Origin: Escherichia phage UFV-AREG1
DNA: 64,000 nt
Direction: 5' to 3' (one strand)
Sequence record: KX009778
Each line of letters begins with the position of its first letter. The stretch's first letter is position 1. The notes beneath the pieces are model-generated. The model worked only from the letters and a program-made list of their open reading frames with translations. It had not been told where the DNA came from and made no database searches. Positions 46,064 through 57,004 of this stretch are shown here, one piece after another. Position numbers and translations under genes: made by a program.

Positions 46064-46294
46064 ATGTTACTAGAATTTAAACAATTTCTTTATGAAGCTT
46101 CTATTGATGAATTTATGGGTAAAATTGCCTCTTGCCAAACGATAGAAGGTTTAGAAGAACTTGAAGCTTATTATAAGAAAAGAGTTAAAGAAACTGAATT
46201 AAAAGATACTGATGACATCTCAGTCAGAGATGCTTTGGCAGGAAAAAGAGCTGAATTAGAAGATTCAGACGATGAAGTAGAAGAAAGCTTTTAA
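46064..46294 (+). CDS. uvsW.1: UvsW.1-like small acidic protein, 76 aa
   Basis: Start moved to ATG 46064 (GGAG SD); track ORF start at 46052 is a TTG. Confidence 0.6.
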   Translation: MLLEFKQFLYEASIDEFMGKIASCQTIEGLEELEAYYKKRVKETELKDTDDISVRDALAGKRAELEDSDDEVEESF

Positions 46295-46349
46295 ATTAAA
46301 AAAGGCCCAACCAAAAAGGAAGGGCCAAAACTATAGACTAAAGGTCACA

Positions 46350-46517
46350 CTATAGCAAAAGTTGTGTTTCATTTAATTGTTCTTCAGAACTTTCTGAAAC
46401 TGGTAGTTCTTTAATGTAATTATAGCAAGGCCCAGGATGTACAGGACCTTTGTCTGTTTCAACAACCAATGCAGAATCGATTGGAGTTTTACAGACAACA
46501 CAAATCTTATCTGACAT
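46350..46517 (-). CDS. Small Cys-rich protein, 55 aa (uvsY.-2-like position)
   Basis: Not in ORF track (below cutoff); GAGGAG SD before ATG at 46517; translation MSDKICVVCKTPIDSALVVETDKGPVHPGPCYNYIKELPVSESSEEQLNETQLLL with CxxC...C arrangement. Confidence 0.45.
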   Translation of the reverse strand: MSDKICVVCKTPIDSALVVETDKGPVHPGPCYNYIKELPVSESSEEQLNETQLLL

Positions 46518-46545
46518 GATTGTCTCCTCTAAATTATATATCTAT

Positions 46546-46770
46546 TTATATAACTCTCATATGCATATCAATACCCATATCTTTAGAATAAAAATATTCA
46601 TCAAGATATCCGGCAAATTTTCCTTTAATATAAAGTACATCTTCACCGCATGGGTGGTCGGCCAGGATACGAATATCCTGACGCTTGAGATTATACTTTT
46701 TCATTAAGAATTGAATTTCCGTTTCGAATTCTTCTTCATAATTAAAAGCATCATCAATGCTATATTTCAT
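46546..46770 (-). CDS. Hypothetical protein, 74 aa (uvsY.-1-like position)
   Basis: ORF abutting uvsY stop; same strand. Confidence 0.6.
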   Translation of the reverse strand: MKYSIDDAFNYEEEFETEIQFLMKKYNLKRQDIRILADHPCGEDVLYIKGKFAGYLDEYFYSKDMGIDMHMRVI

Positions 46771-47183
46771 TATTTTCCAGCCTCAAATGCTCGCATGTCT
46801 TGAATATGCTTAATAGCAAATCCACGTGATTTAATAGCATCAAGAGCTCCGCTACAGAAATCCAATAAAATTCCCCAATATTGTAATGAAGTATCAACTT
46901 TTAAAACATCCTTATCAGCTGATAGAACTGTCTTCATTTCTGATTTCTCATAACGATCCATACTAAATTCATCACCATCTCCTCGTCCCGAGTAGTAGTC
47001 TAATTTAGCTTTAAGAGCAACTTTTTTCTGTGCTTCAATTCTAAGCATTTCCTTTTTAATACTTGAATGCTTATTAAGCCATTTACTATATAACATCACA
47101 TTATTAGCTGCTTCATATTGCAATTTAGTCGAATCTATAAACACATCTTTCTTCAATTCTTCTTGAAGATCTTCTAATCTCAT
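46770..47183 (-). CDS. uvsY: UvsY recombination mediator protein
   Basis: 137 aa; length and position (between uvsW and gene 25) match T4. Confidence 0.9.
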   Translation of the reverse strand: MRLEDLQEELKKDVFIDSTKLQYEAANNVMLYSKWLNKHSSIKKEMLRIEAQKKVALKAKLDYYSGRGDGDEFSMDRYEKSEMKTVLSADKDVLKVDTSLQYWGILLDFCSGALDAIKSRGFAIKHIQDMRAFEAGK

Positions 47184-47223
47184 ATTGTTCTCTATTCAAT
47201 TGTTATTGGATGGACTTAGATTC

Positions 47224-47250
47224 ATTATACCACGTTTATACGTGAAGCAT
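47224..47250 (-). promoter_or_regulatory. Candidate MotA-dependent middle promoter for uvsY
   Basis: Minus-strand ATGCTTCA (MotA-box-like) followed 15 nt later by TATAAT, upstream of uvsY ATG. Confidence 0.4.
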
Positions 47251-47648
47251 TATACTCTATTACTGGAAGCCAGTTGCAGTTTTATCTGCTCAATATCATC
47301 AGGGTTATCGATGACCGAAAAGCGTATTTCTACTATCAGAGTATAATCATCATAAACTGGTATTACATTAACTGCTAATTTATCAATACGTGGCTCGTAG
47401 TTTCTTACTGCGCTTTCAATGTTACGCTCAACGGTATCAGCAGTAAGAGGAGTCATATTCTCAAAAAGTTGATCAGATAAATCGCATCCAAATTCTGGGT
47501 CAAATGGCCTTGACCCTTTCCTGGTTGTAATAATTCCCAAAAGGCTATTTTTAATTGACCTTAATCCAAGGGATCTAGAAACATCTTTATCCCAATCCAT
47601 TTTCATTTCTGGGTCAATGTCAGAATAAAGCTTATTAATATTTGCCAT
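47250..47648 (-). CDS. 25: gp25 baseplate wedge subunit (lysozyme-fold / LysM-like)
   Basis: 132 aa; length and order match T4. Confidence 0.9.
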   Translation of the reverse strand: MANINKLYSDIDPEMKMDWDKDVSRSLGLRSIKNSLLGIITTRKGSRPFDPEFGCDLSDQLFENMTPLTADTVERNIESAVRNYEPRIDKLAVNVIPVYDDYTLIVEIRFSVIDNPDDIEQIKLQLASSNRV

Positions 47649-48274
47649 TACAATAGCTCAAAGAATTCTTTGAGCCCTCTTATTACATGAGCGTGAGTTT
47701 TTCCACACTCTGGACACTTAATTGGAACAGCCAAATAAACAGTAGGCTTTAAAAGCATATCTTTTATAGCTACAATATCTGACTCTGTGATGATAGAATA
47801 TAAATCTTCCAACTCTTTTTCATTCAAGTCTTCAATTGGAATGCTTTCCCCGTTAGCATGAATCGTTTCTATGCATGATACTATCATGTGGGCTATATTT
47901 TTATCATCAAAAATTTTAGGGTAATGGAACTTAATTTTGATGTCACCCAGTGTATACCAGAGGTCTTCTGGTGCATCTATTTGCGTATGTAATAGATTTA
48001 TATGGGTTGGTATTTCAGTTCCACAGGTGCACTTCCAGGAGTTTTCGTGATTAACTTCCCCAAGAGAATGTGCCCATAAATGAATCAACAAGAGTTCTGA
48101 TTCTTGGCGGTTTAAATCTTTTGCATTTGTACAGTCTTTGATTAGCTTTTTAACAATCTCTTCTACTGAACCATTCTTTTTAGCAGTAATAAGTTCTAGA
48201 TATTCTTTAAGAGTAAATGCGCGACAGTTGATTATTTTAGAACCAACTCTCACATCAAATTTGTATTCATACAT
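47648..48274 (-). CDS. 26: gp26 baseplate hub subunit
   Basis: 208 aa; length and order match T4. Confidence 0.85.
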   Translation of the reverse strand: MYEYKFDVRVGSKIINCRAFTLKEYLELITAKKNGSVEEIVKKLIKDCTNAKDLNRQESELLLIHLWAHSLGEVNHENSWKCTCGTEIPTHINLLHTQIDAPEDLWYTLGDIKIKFHYPKIFDDKNIAHMIVSCIETIHANGESIPIEDLNEKELEDLYSIITESDIVAIKDMLLKPTVYLAVPIKCPECGKTHAHVIRGLKEFFELL

Positions 48275-48299
48275 ATTTAGCTCCTTTATTTATCATATT

Positions 48300-48307
48300 T
48301 ATAAATA
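48300..48307 (+). promoter_or_regulatory. T4 late promoter core TATAAATA (gene 51)
   Basis: Exact TATAAATA 17 nt upstream of gene 51 ATG; divergent 26/51 region. Confidence 0.55.
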
Positions 48308-48324
48308 GAATAAAAGGAGCATCT

Positions 48325-49077
48325 ATGGCAAACATTATTCGTTGTAAATTACCAGATGGTGTTCATCGTTTTAAACCATTTACGGTAGAAGATTATCGAG
48401 ATTTTTTGTTAGTTCGAAACGATATAGAACATCGGTCACCACAAGAACAAAAAGAAGTAATTGCTGATTTAATTGCTGATTATTTTGGAGACTATCCAAA
48501 GACTTGGCAACCATTTATATTTTTGCAGGTATTTGTAGGTTCAATAGGTAAAACTAAAGTACCAGTCACATTCATATGTCCAAAATGTAAAAAAGAAAAG
48601 ACAGTTCCATTTGAAATATATCAAAAAGAATTAAAGGAACCTATTTTTGATGTAGCTAATGTTAAAATTAAATTAAATTTTCCTTCTGAGTTTTATGAAA
48701 ATAAAGCAAAGATGATTACTGAAAATATTCATTCTGTTCAAGTAGATGAAATGTGGTATGATTGGAAGGAAATTAGTGAATCAAGTCAAATAGAACTTGT
48801 TGACGCCATCGAGATAGAAACATTAGAAAAAATTCTCGATGCAATGAATCCTATTAATTTAACATTGCACATGTCGTGTTGTGATAAGTACATTAAAAAA
48901 TACACTGATATAGTAGATGTGTTTAAGCTATTAGTTAATCCAGATGAGATATTTACTTTTTATCAAATTAATCACACACTTGTAAAAAGTAATTATAGCT
49001 TAAATTCAATAATGAAAATGATTCCTGCCGAGCGCGGATTCGTATTAAAACTGATTGAGAAGGATAAACATCAATGA
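48325..49077 (+). CDS. 51: gp51 baseplate hub assembly catalyst
   Basis: 250 aa; length and order match T4. Confidence 0.85.
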   Translation: MANIIRCKLPDGVHRFKPFTVEDYRDFLLVRNDIEHRSPQEQKEVIADLIADYFGDYPKTWQPFIFLQVFVGSIGKTKVPVTFICPKCKKEKTVPFEIYQKELKEPIFDVANVKIKLNFPSEFYENKAKMITENIHSVQVDEMWYDWKEISESSQIELVDAIEIETLEKILDAMNPINLTLHMSCCDKYIKKYTDIVDVFKLLVNPDEIFTFYQINHTLVKSNYSLNSIMKMIPAERGFVLKLIEKDKHQ

Positions 49078-50246
49078 GTATGTTACAACGTCCTGGATAT
49101 CCAAATCTCAGCGTTAAATTATTTGAGAGTTATGACGCTTGGAGTAATAATAGATTTGTTGAATTAGCTGCTACTATTACCACATTAACTATGCGTGACT
49201 CTCTTTATGGTCGAAATGAAGGAATGCTACAATTTTATGATTCTAAAAACATTCATACAAAAATGGATGGAAATGAAATAATTCAGATTTCTGTAGCTAA
49301 TGCAAACGATATTAATAATGTTAAAACACGAATTTATGGATGCAAGCATTTTTCCGTGTCAGTAGATTCAAAAGGCGATAACATCATTGCTATTGAATTA
49401 GGAACTATTCATTCTATAGAAAATCTTAAATTTGGTAGACCATTTTTCCCTGATGCCGGTGAATCTATAAAGGAAATGCTTGGCGTCATTTATCAAGACC
49501 GTACATTATTAACGCCAGCGATAAATGCTATTAATGCTTATGTTCCTGATATTCCATGGACTAGCACATTTGAAAACTATTTGTCATATGTAAGAGAAGT
49601 TGCTCTAGCGGTAGGAAGCGATAAGTTCGTATTTGTATGGCAAGACATCATGGGAGTTAACATGATGGACTATGATATGATGATAAATCAAGAACCATAT
49701 CCAATGATTGTAGGTGAGCCAACTTTAATAGGTCAATTTGTCCAAGAATTGAAATATCCATTAGCATATGATTTTGTTTGGTTGACTAAATCAAATCCGC
49801 ATAAACGTGATCCAATGAAAAATGCTACTATCTATGCTCATTCATTTTTAGATTCTTCATTACCAATGATTACTACAGGAAAGGGTGAAAACTCTATTGT
49901 AGTGTCAAGGTCAGGTGCTTATTCTGAAATGACTTATAGAAATGGATATGAAGAAGCTATTCGTCTTCAGACTATGGCGCAGTATGATGGTTACGCTAAA
50001 TGTTCTACTGTCGGTAATTTTAACTTGACTCCTGGCGTTAAAATTATTTTTAATGATAGTAAAAACCAATTTAAAACAGAATTTTACGTTGATGAAGTTA
50101 TTCACGAATTATCAAATAATAATTCCGTAACTCATCTTTATATGTTCACTAATGCAACGAAACTGGAAACAATCGACCCAGTTAAGGTTAAAAATGAATT
50201 TAAAACTGATACTACCACTGAAGAAAGTAGTTCTTCCGATAAGTAA
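49074..50246 (+). CDS. 27: gp27 baseplate hub subunit
   Basis: 390 aa; length and order match T4. Confidence 0.9.
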   Translation: MSMLQRPGYPNLSVKLFESYDAWSNNRFVELAATITTLTMRDSLYGRNEGMLQFYDSKNIHTKMDGNEIIQISVANANDINNVKTRIYGCKHFSVSVDSKGDNIIAIELGTIHSIENLKFGRPFFPDAGESIKEMLGVIYQDRTLLTPAINAINAYVPDIPWTSTFENYLSYVREVALAVGSDKFVFVWQDIMGVNMMDYDMMINQEPYPMIVGEPTLIGQFVQELKYPLAYDFVWLTKSNPHKRDPMKNATIYAHSFLDSSLPMITTGKGENSIVVSRSGAYSEMTYRNGYEEAIRLQTMAQYDGYAKCSTVGNFNLTPGVKIIFNDSKNQFKTEFYVDEVIHELSNNNSVTHLYMFTNATKLETIDPVKVKNEFKTDTTTEESSSSDK

Positions 50247-50727
50247 TAAAGAAGTTTCTATTCCTAAGATGGGTCTTAAACATTATAACATTTTAAAAGA
50301 TGTTAAAGGTCCTGATGAAAATTTAAAGCTTCTTATTGATTCTATTTGTCCAAATTTATCACCGGCAGAAGTTGATTTCGTTTCTATTCATTTATTGGAA
50401 TTTAATGGAAAGATTAAATCTCGTAAAGAAATAGATGGTTATACTTATGATATTAATGACGTTTATGTATGTCAAAGATTGGAATTTCAATACCAAGGAA
50501 ATACATTTTATTTTAGACCTCCTGGAAAATTTGAACAATTTTTAACTGTAAGCGATATGTTATCCAAATGCTTGCTTAAGGTCAATGATGAAGTTAAAGA
50601 AATTAATTTTCTTGAGATGCCAGCATTTGTTTTAAAATGGGCAAATGATATTTCTACAACTTTAGCAATTCCTGGCCCTAATGGTCCAATAACCGGAATT
50701 GGCAATATTATTGGATTATTTGAATGA
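50194..50727 (+). CDS. 28: gp28 baseplate hub distal subunit
   Basis: 177 aa from ATG 50194 ([11 protein letters not shown]...), overlapping gp27 3' end in another frame; track ORF starts further upstream. Confidence 0.7.
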   Translation: MNLKLILPLKKVVLPISNKEVSIPKMGLKHYNILKDVKGPDENLKLLIDSICPNLSPAEVDFVSIHLLEFNGKIKSRKEIDGYTYDINDVYVCQRLEFQYQGNTFYFRPPGKFEQFLTVSDMLSKCLLKVNDEVKEINFLEMPAFVLKWANDISTTLAIPGPNGPITGIGNIIGLFE

Positions 50728-52496
50728 AAAAGCCACAAGAAATGCAAACGATGCGTAGAAAAGTTATTTCAGATAATAAACCAACACAGGAAGCGGCTAA
50801 ATCCGCTTCTAATACTTTATCTGGTCTTAATGACATTTCTACAAAATTAGATGATGCTCAAGCTGCCTCTGAATTAATAGCTCAGACTGTTGAAGAAAAA
50901 TCAAATGAAATAGTTGGAGCAATTGATAACGTTGAAAGCGCAGTAAGTGATACTACTGCCGGTTCTGAGTTAATTGCTGAAACTGTTGAAATTGGAAACA
51001 ATATTAATAAAGAAATCGGTGAATCGCTCGGAAGCAAATTAGATAAATTAACAAGTTTACTGGAACAAAAAATTCAGACAGCTGGAATTCAGCAAACTGG
51101 AACGAGTTTAGCAGTAGTCGAAAATGCTATTCCTGTTAAAGTCGTCGAGGATGATACGGCTGAATCTGTGGGTCCTTTATTACCGGCTCCTGAAGCAGTT
51201 AATAATGATCCTGATGCTGATTTTTTCCCTACTCCTCAGCCAATTGAACCAAAACAAGAGTCTCCAGAAGAGAAGCAAAAAAGAGACGCATTTAACTTAA
51301 AATTATCTCAAGCTTTAGATAAATTAACAAAGACAGTTGATTTCGGATTTAAGAAATCTATTTCAATTACTGATAAAATATCTAGCATGCTATTTAAGTA
51401 TACCGTCAGTGCTGCTATTGAAGCTGCTAAAATGGTTGCATTGATAATGGCTGTTGTTATTGGAATAGACCTGCTGATGGTTCATTTTAAATACTGGTCA
51501 GATAAATTTTCAAAAGCCTGGGATTTATTTAGCACTGATTTTAAAACTTTCTCAAGCGAAACAGGAACTTGGGGCCCTTTATTACAAAGCATCTTTGAAT
51601 CTATTGATGAAATTAAAAAGTTCTGGGAAGCTGGAGATTGGGGCGGATTAACAGTAGCTATTGTTGAAGGGCTTGGAAGTGTTCTTTATAATTTAGGAGA
51701 GCTTATTCAATTAGGTATGGCTAAATTATCTGCTGCAATTCTTCGAGTCATTCCTGGCATGAAGGATACTGCTGATGAAGTAGAAGGAAGAGCATTAGAA
51801 AATTTCCAAAATTCTACTGGAGCATCTCTTAATAAAGAAGACCAAGAAAAAGTAGCAAATTATCAAGATAAACGAATGAATGACGATCTTGGCCCAATAG
51901 CAAAAGGATTAGACAAAATTGCGAACTGGAAAACTCGTGCATCTAACTGGATTCGTGGTGTAGATAATAAAGAAGCATTGACTACTGACGAAGAACGTGC
52001 AGCAGAAGAAGAAAAATTAAAACAACTTTCACCGGAAGAAAGAAAAAATGCTTTAATGAAAGCTAATGAAGCTCGTGCTGCGATGATTCGTTTTGAAAAA
52101 TACGCTGATTCAGCTGATATGAGCAAAGACTCGACAGTTAAATCAATTGAAGCTGCTCATGAAGACCTTAAAAAACGAATGAATGATCCGGATTTAAATA
52201 ATTCACCAGCGGTTAAAAAAGAACTTGCTTCTAGATTTGCTAAAATTGATGCCACTTATCAAGAGCTCAAGAAAAATCAACCTGAAGCAAAACCTGAAAC
52301 TTCTGCTAAATCACCAGAAGCAAAACAGGTCCAGGTGATTGAAAAGAACAAAGCACAACAAGCTCCTGTTCAACAAGCATCTCCTTCAATCAATAATACT
52401 AATAATGTTATTAAGAAAAATACTGTCGTTCATAATATGACACCTGTCACAAGCACAACTGCTCCTGGTGTATTTGGTGCGACGGGAGTTAATTAA
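50724..52496 (+). CDS. 29: gp29 baseplate hub subunit / tail length determinator
   Basis: 590 aa; length and order match T4. Confidence 0.9.
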   Translation: MKKPQEMQTMRRKVISDNKPTQEAAKSASNTLSGLNDISTKLDDAQAASELIAQTVEEKSNEIVGAIDNVESAVSDTTAGSELIAETVEIGNNINKEIGESLGSKLDKLTSLLEQKIQTAGIQQTGTSLAVVENAIPVKVVEDDTAESVGPLLPAPEAVNNDPDADFFPTPQPIEPKQESPEEKQKRDAFNLKLSQALDKLTKTVDFGFKKSISITDKISSMLFKYTVSAAIEAAKMVALIMAVVIGIDLLMVHFKYWSDKFSKAWDLFSTDFKTFSSETGTWGPLLQSIFESIDEIKKFWEAGDWGGLTVAIVEGLGSVLYNLGELIQLGMAKLSAAILRVIPGMKDTADEVEGRALENFQNSTGASLNKEDQEKVANYQDKRMNDDLGPIAKGLDKIANWKTRASNWIRGVDNKEALTTDEERAAEEEKLKQLSPEERKNALMKANEARAAMIRFEKYADSADMSKDSTVKSIEAAHEDLKKRMNDPDLNNSPAVKKELASRFAKIDATYQELKKNQPEAKPETSAKSPEAKQVQVIEKNKAQQAPVQQASPSINNTNNVIKKNTVVHNMTPVTSTTAPGVFGATGVN

Positions 52497-52504
52497 GGAA
52501 TAAT

Positions 52505-53599
52505 ATGGCAATTGTTAAAGAAATAACTGCTGATTTAATTAAAAAGTCCGGTGAAACAATTTCAGCCGGACAGAGTACTAAATCAGAAGTAGGAACTAAA
52601 ACATACACAGCCCAGTTTCCAACTGGGCGTGCTAGTGGTAATGACACTACAGGGGACTTCCAGGTAACAGATCTATATAAGAATGGATTATTATTTACTG
52701 CATACAATATGTCATCTAGGGATTCTGGAAGTCTTAGAACGATGAGATCTAACTACTCTTCTTCATCTTCGAGTATTTTACGTACAGCCAGAAACACTAT
52801 CAGTAATACAGTATCAAAACTATCAAATGGACTAATATCAGATAATAATTCAGGAACAATAAGTAAAGTTCCTGTTGCAAATATTCTTTTACCTAGATCT
52901 AAATCTGACGTCGATACGTCATCACATAGATTTAATGATGTTCAAGATAGTCTTATTACAAAAGGCGGAGGAACTGCTACGGGCGTATTAAGTAATATGG
53001 CTTCAACTGCAGTATTTGGAGCGTTGGAAAGTATAACACAAGGTATAATGGCTGATAATAATGAACAGATTTATACGACAGCCAGAAGCATGTACGGCGG
53101 TGCTGAAAATAGAACTAAAGTGTTCACCTGGGATTTGACTCCGCGCTCAACAGAAGATTTAATGGCTATTATTAATATCTATCAGTATTTTAACTATTTT
53201 TCTTACGGTGAAACTGGTAAATCTCAATATGCTGCTGAAATAAAAGGATATCTAGATGAGTGGTACCGTTCTACTTTTATTGAGCCGTTAACTCCAGAAG
53301 ATGCAGTTAAAAATAAGACGTTATTTGAGAAAATGACATCGAGTTTAACTAACGTTCTTGTAGTTTCAAACCCGACAATTTGGATGGTGAAAAACTTTGG
53401 TGCAACATCTAAGTTTGATGGAAAAACGGAAATATTCGGTCCATGTCAAATCCAGAGTATCAGATTTGATAAAACACCTAATGGTAACTTTAACGGATTA
53501 GCTATTGCTCCAAATCTCCCTAGTACATTTACTCTCGAGATTACTATGAGAGAAATTATCACGTTAAACCGTGCTTCTTTATATGCGGGGACTTTTTAA
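52505..53599 (+). CDS. 48: gp48 baseplate tail-tube cap
   Basis: 364 aa; length and order match T4. Confidence 0.9.
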   Translation: MAIVKEITADLIKKSGETISAGQSTKSEVGTKTYTAQFPTGRASGNDTTGDFQVTDLYKNGLLFTAYNMSSRDSGSLRTMRSNYSSSSSSILRTARNTISNTVSKLSNGLISDNNSGTISKVPVANILLPRSKSDVDTSSHRFNDVQDSLITKGGGTATGVLSNMASTAVFGALESITQGIMADNNEQIYTTARSMYGGAENRTKVFTWDLTPRSTEDLMAIINIYQYFNYFSYGETGKSQYAAEIKGYLDEWYRSTFIEPLTPEDAVKNKTLFEKMTSSLTNVLVVSNPTIWMVKNFGATSKFDGKTEIFGPCQIQSIRFDKTPNGNFNGLAIAPNLPSTFTLEITMREIITLNRASLYAGTF

Positions 53600-54564
53600 T
53601 GTATTCTTTAGAGGAATTTAATAATCAAGCAATAAACGCAGATTTCCAACGTAATAATATGTTTAGCTGCGTTTTTGCAACAACTCCATCAACTAAAAGC
53701 TCTTCGTTGATAAGTTCAATTAGCAACTTTTCTTATAATAACTTGGGCCTAAATTCAGATTGGTTAGGATTAACTCAAGGTGATATTAATCAGGGAATTA
53801 CCACGCTAATTACAGCTGGCACACAAAAACTGATAAGAAAATCGGGAGTCAGTAAATATCTTATTGGTGCCATGAGTCAACGTACAGTTCAAAGTTTATT
53901 AGGTTCATTTACAGTTGGTACATATTTAATTGACTTCTTTAACATGGCATATAACGCATCTGGATTGATGATATATTCTGTAAAAATGCCAGAGAATAGA
54001 TTATCCTATGAAACTGACTGGAACTATAATTCTCCTAATATTCGTATAACTGGGAGAGAATTAGACCCTTTGGTTATTTCATTTAGAATGGATTCAGAAG
54101 CATGTAATTATCGTGCAATGCAAGACTGGGTTAACGCTGTTCAAGACCCAGTAACTGGACTGCGTGCTTTGCCACAAGATGTCGAGGCAGACATTCAGGT
54201 TAATCTTCATGCTCGTAATGGATTACCTCATACTGCTGTGATGTTCACTGGATGCATTCCAGTGTCAGTGAGCGCTCCTGAGTTATCATACGATGGAGAT
54301 AACCAAATAACTACATTTGATGTTACTTTTGCATATAGAGTCATGCAGGCTGGAGCGGTTGATAGACAAGCTGCTCTTGAATGGCTTGAATCTGCTACTA
54401 TAAACGGTATTCAAAGCGTTCTCGGAAATAGTGGAGGTGTTACTGGACTATCTAATTCGCTTTCACGACTTAGTAGATTAGGAGGAACTGCAGGAAGCAT
54501 TTCAAACATTAATACTATGACAGGAATTGTCAATTCGCAAAGTAAAATATTAGGAGCAATATAA
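53599..54564 (+). CDS. 54: gp54 baseplate tail-tube initiator
   Basis: 321 aa; length and order match T4. Confidence 0.9.
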   Translation: MYSLEEFNNQAINADFQRNNMFSCVFATTPSTKSSSLISSISNFSYNNLGLNSDWLGLTQGDINQGITTLITAGTQKLIRKSGVSKYLIGAMSQRTVQSLLGSFTVGTYLIDFFNMAYNASGLMIYSVKMPENRLSYETDWNYNSPNIRITGRELDPLVISFRMDSEACNYRAMQDWVNAVQDPVTGLRALPQDVEADIQVNLHARNGLPHTAVMFTGCIPVSVSAPELSYDGDNQITTFDVTFAYRVMQAGAVDRQAALEWLESATINGIQSVLGNSGGVTGLSNSLSRLSRLGGTAGSISNINTMTGIVNSQSKILGAI

Positions 54565-54598
54565 CAATGGGGACCGAAAGGTCCCCATATTTTTATTT
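54565..54598. terminator. Bidirectional intrinsic terminator between gene 54 and the alt region
   Basis: ggggacc-gaaa-ggtcccc hairpin followed by ATATTTTTATTT; sits between convergent genes. Confidence 0.6.
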
Positions 54599-54883
54599 AC
54601 GGAATGAAATAAAAGCAGCAACTGAAGCAACAGAGGTTTCTTCAATATAAACCTCAATTTTTACCGGAGCTTCTGACTCAAATTTACCTGTTACTACACC
54701 TTGGAAAATACTTTCAGTCTGTTCTGGCTTTGAAAAATTTTCAGAAGGAAAAATTCCAAACTTTTTATCGGTTCCGAAAATTTTAATAAATTCATCATAA
54801 ACTGCTTCATTGAAAGCGTTATCAGCGGGAATAACGCCTTCAACGACGAGTTCTTGACCTAAAAAGCGCAAAGAAGATTTCAT
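54593..54883 (-). CDS. Hypothetical protein, 96 aa (alt-region small gene)
   Basis: ORF directly downstream of the Alt-like genes on the minus strand. Confidence 0.55.
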   Translation of the reverse strand: MKSSLRFLGQELVVEGVIPADNAFNEAVYDEFIKIFGTDKKFGIFPSENFSKPEQTESIFQGVVTGKFESEAPVKIEVYIEETSVASVAAFISFRK

Positions 54884-54943
54884 TTTGTGTTCCTCATGTT
54901 ATGTCAGTAAAACTACTATAACACAATACGAGGGACTTGTAAA

Positions 54944-57001
54944 CTACATTTTGAACTTTTTAGACATTCTGTTGATGTTAACCAAAGAAGCTAAGATTTG
55001 AGAAACTTCGCTTTCCTCTTCTTTTGATTCTTCTACAAGGAATTGATTAAATCCAGCCATTGGACGAACTTCACCAGTTTCCATCAGATGGTCGCCATCA
55101 TATACTGATTCTTCTAATTGTTCAGAAGGAGGAACGATTGTACCTTCGATTAGATACTTATTATAAGCAGTTTCTTTCATCATGTACGTACTTACTTTAT
55201 TAATCTTCAGTAAAATTCCACGTGGTAGAATAACTTCAGCTTCTGATGGAAATCCTGATAAATGACCCGGAACGATAACTTTAACTCGTTCAGCTCCTTT
55301 AATTACCATACCTACATTAGTTTCAGCGTCTTCATTCGCATATGTAGAATGACTACCCATATGCATTAAATCTTCAGCATCAACTGAACCTTCTCCTTCA
55401 CCAGAAAATACTGCTCCGGAATCATCTAAGGCCATATAATTTTTACCATATTCACCGAAGATATTTGGCTTGAGTGAAGTAGATACAAAGTTCTTGAAAT
55501 AGAACATTTTATTTTCTATATTATGACGCAAAGTTTTAAAGGTAACTTCTTGCCCACGATAAAGAGTAGTTCCTGGAGGAAGAACTGAACCTTTAGAAAA
55601 TGCAGAATCCAGCGTCTCAATATGTTTAATAGCTCGTTCCATATATTCTTCACGGGTAGAATCAGGTTTACCTAAAAGGAATGAGTTCATTTCAACATAT
55701 GAATCTGCACAATAATCTTCAATTACATCAGATTCAGCCTGAGTTAATCCTTTTGGAGTTACTTCAGTGCTTGCATATTCATATGCCTGAGCAGCAGATT
55801 CATCAATTAATTTATAAATTCCATTCATTACAAATTGAATAATAGCTGTCTTTTCATCTGGTGTAGCTTTAGAACCTTTAACTAAATCATTGATAATTTT
55901 CTTAATAACATCAAAACTATTAGAAATATTAATGTCAGCAAGATCGCTTAAAATTTTATCAGTTTTATAATCAAAGAATTCTTTATTCTTTAAATATTCT
56001 TGAGAACCTTGATATGTTATATCGCTCTGCAGCTTGATAGATGGATCGCGTAAACGTGCATGGGCCAATGCAATATGATTTCGGAAGCTTTCTAGTTCAT
56101 AATCGCTAGATTTAAAACGAGAAGCACTTCTCATACCACCGATAGCTCCTTTGCTAAAGTTTGAACCAATCTGAATAACGCCAGAGTTCATTGATCCTTC
56201 TGCTTTATATACCGGAACTTTAGATTCAAACTCTTGATATTTCTTAGCAGCGAAGCTATCACCCTGGAGTGAAGCGTCAACAGTAGAATATTGAGCTTGG
56301 GCTGCTAATCGACGACTGATTTTAGTTTTCTGAATAACAGCTTGATCCGTGCGCTTATCATTTTCTAAAGCAATAGAAGCAGCAACAGCAACAGCTTTAG
56401 GAACAGCATTACCTGTTTTAACGTCTACATAAACATCACCAACCTTTGATTCAACTTTTGTGAATAACTCGGTTGAAATAGGAGGTACACCTGGAATGTC
56501 TTCTAATTTGGCATTTTTACGGTAAACCATAATATATGCGTACTTTTTATCATAATCCCAGATTTCCTTTAAAAGAACATATCGACCTGCTCCTTTAGTA
56601 CGTACTAAACGGTCAGCAATAACTTGCATTTGCCGAGCAGCGCCATTTGTTTTACTTTTTAGTACGCGGAATAGGCATGCATCAATTTTATACTGTTTCA
56701 TTGTTTGAAGAGCAGTATCAAAAACAGCATTAATGACGCCAATTGGATTTCCACCCAAGTTTTTAAGCTTAACTAATGATAGTTTCTCATTAACACCTAT
56801 CATTACGATATGCATCATTTTGTCGCCTGGCTTAACGTTTTTATTCGTATCACCGCCAGAGGTGTATGTACAAAATCTAAATCCAGGAAGCACGCTTTCT
56901 TCACCTGCTTGAATAGCAAAAATTTGAGGTATTTTATGCTTAGGATTTAAGTTAACAACCGGCGCCGAAGCGCCGTCAAATAATTCTGTAATAAGTTCCA
57001 T
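54944..57001 (-). CDS. alt: Alt-like NAD:protein ADP-ribosyltransferase, 685 aa (paralog A)
   Basis: R-S-ExE ART triad in C-terminal domain (LYRGQ, FVSTSL, SEAEVILPRG); N-terminus MELITE with gp21-type ITE cleavage motif; length close to T4 Alt. Confidence 0.8.
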   Translation of the reverse strand: MELITELFDGASAPVVNLNPKHKIPQIFAIQAGEESVLPGFRFCTYTSGGDTNKNVKPGDKMMHIVMIGVNEKLSLVKLKNLGGNPIGVINAVFDTALQTMKQYKIDACLFRVLKSKTNGAARQMQVIADRLVRTKGAGRYVLLKEIWDYDKKYAYIMVYRKNAKLEDIPGVPPISTELFTKVESKVGDVYVDVKTGNAVPKAVAVAASIALENDKRTDQAVIQKTKISRRLAAQAQYSTVDASLQGDSFAAKKYQEFESKVPVYKAEGSMNSGVIQIGSNFSKGAIGGMRSASRFKSSDYELESFRNHIALAHARLRDPSIKLQSDITYQGSQEYLKNKEFFDYKTDKILSDLADINISNSFDVIKKIINDLVKGSKATPDEKTAIIQFVMNGIYKLIDESAAQAYEYASTEVTPKGLTQAESDVIEDYCADSYVEMNSFLLGKPDSTREEYMERAIKHIETLDSAFSKGSVLPPGTTLYRGQEVTFKTLRHNIENKMFYFKNFVSTSLKPNIFGEYGKNYMALDDSGAVFSGEGEGSVDAEDLMHMGSHSTYANEDAETNVGMVIKGAERVKVIVPGHLSGFPSEAEVILPRGILLKINKVSTYMMKETAYNKYLIEGTIVPPSEQLEESVYDGDHLMETGEVRPMAGFNQFLVEESKEEESEVSQILASLVNINRMSKKFKM

Positions 57002-57004
57002 GAT

